The notes below the pieces were generated by a model that was not told the origin of the DNA, did not search any database, and saw only the letters and a program-made list of their open reading frames with translations. Of a stretch of DNA of 64,000 nt, positions 63,925-64,000 are shown in pieces. The stretch's first letter is position 1. Every line of letters starts with the position of its first letter. Both the position numbers and the translations under genes were made by a program. This stretch comes from Candidatus Omnitrophota bacterium (GTDB lineage: Bacteria; Omnitrophota; Omnitrophia; Omnitrophales; JACQLI01). Where the stretch lies: positions 789-64,788 of the forward strand of contig JACPCP010000012.1 in the NCBI GenBank assembly GCA_016179745.1. Reading direction: 5' to 3'.

Positions 63925-64000
63925 ATGCCCCCGCCTTTGAAACGGTTTCTTCTCGATTGACGGGGTTAGCTTATAAGGCCTTGACGAAGCGATCTGGTTC

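Noticed and set aside
1881-63555. I considered whether the repeated 15/16-mer might be a CRISPR array or another regularly spaced repeat.
   Set aside because: Spacing ranges from 12 nt to about 7.4 kb with no periodicity. Every copy is in frame inside long ORFs, many copies differ at the DNA level while keeping the peptide, and no cas-like genes are visible.
20143-63924. I considered whether the giant ORF might be a chance open frame or the effect of a non-standard genetic code.
   Set aside because: Random sequence gives about one stop per 21 codons, and even GC-rich sequence cannot yield 14,593 stop-free codons by chance. Family signature motifs from many enzymes were verified in the same phase along the whole length. 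Stops are absent rather than reassigned, so no alternative code is needed. Mis-assembly across the short repeats cannot be excluded from sequence alone and should be checked with long reads.
1-64000. I looked for rRNA, tRNA, transposase/IS ends, integrase, inteins and viral 2A-like (NPGP) skipping sites.
   Set aside because: I recognised none by eye on either strand. I could not run a covariance-model or profile search, so small RNAs cannot be strictly excluded.

Overview
About 98% of this 64-kb window is a single, nearly uninterrupted minus-strand reading frame (63924 down to 1254). It is split into four ORFs of 14,593 aa (20143..63924), 5,186 aa (4562..20122), 269 aa (3689..4498) and 830 aa (1254..3746). 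The only breaks are a TAG plus a 20-nt gap with a phase change at 20123..20145, one in-frame TAA at 4562..4564, and a 160-nt two-frame overlap at 3689..3848.

The ORFs are modular. I found 42 in-frame, same-strand copies of the pentapeptide R-[S/A]-E-V-R: 31 exact and 11 one-residue variants. About half of them are encoded by a near-identical GC-rich 15/16-mer, CCGCACCTCGG[A/C]GCG(G) on the + strand. These copies sit between segments that individually look like free-standing proteins.

By eye (signature motifs only, no database search) the modules include homologues of most of glycolysis/gluconeogenesis:
- triosephosphate isomerase fused to aldose 1-epimerase
- a Gfo/Idh/MocA oxidoreductase
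- phosphoglycerate kinase
- four GAPDH-like modules, two with the SCTSN catalytic Cys and two without
- a cupin-type glucose-6-phosphate isomerase
- two class II fructose-bisphosphate aldolase modules
- a class-3-FBPase-like metallophosphoesterase
- a phosphogluco/phosphomannomutase
- a permuted cofactor-independent phosphoglycerate-mutase-like module

Other modules are two PLP (Trp-synthase-beta fold) modules, HEAT repeats, an isolated HATPase_c, an isolated receiver domain, and three 1,180-1,340-aa unannotatable membrane modules. Many modules begin with a hydrophobic helix right after the motif.

Three +-strand cassettes (sigma70-like promoter plus small ORF) lie antisense inside this frame, each just downstream of a motif copy. 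One is bounded by perfect 17-bp direct repeats exactly 600 bp apart. A second repeat family, the GGGGAC-T-GTCCCC palindrome (5 copies), occurs in all three codon phases.

The left end carries ordinary genes: the 5' part of trpS and a MazF/RHH toxin-antitoxin cluster. I recognised no rRNA, tRNA, CRISPR array or transposase. Giant multi-TM ORFs are known from metagenomic Omnitrophota-type genomes, but I cannot assign taxonomy from this window, and I know of no described system with this punctuated, glycolysis-enzyme-bearing architecture.
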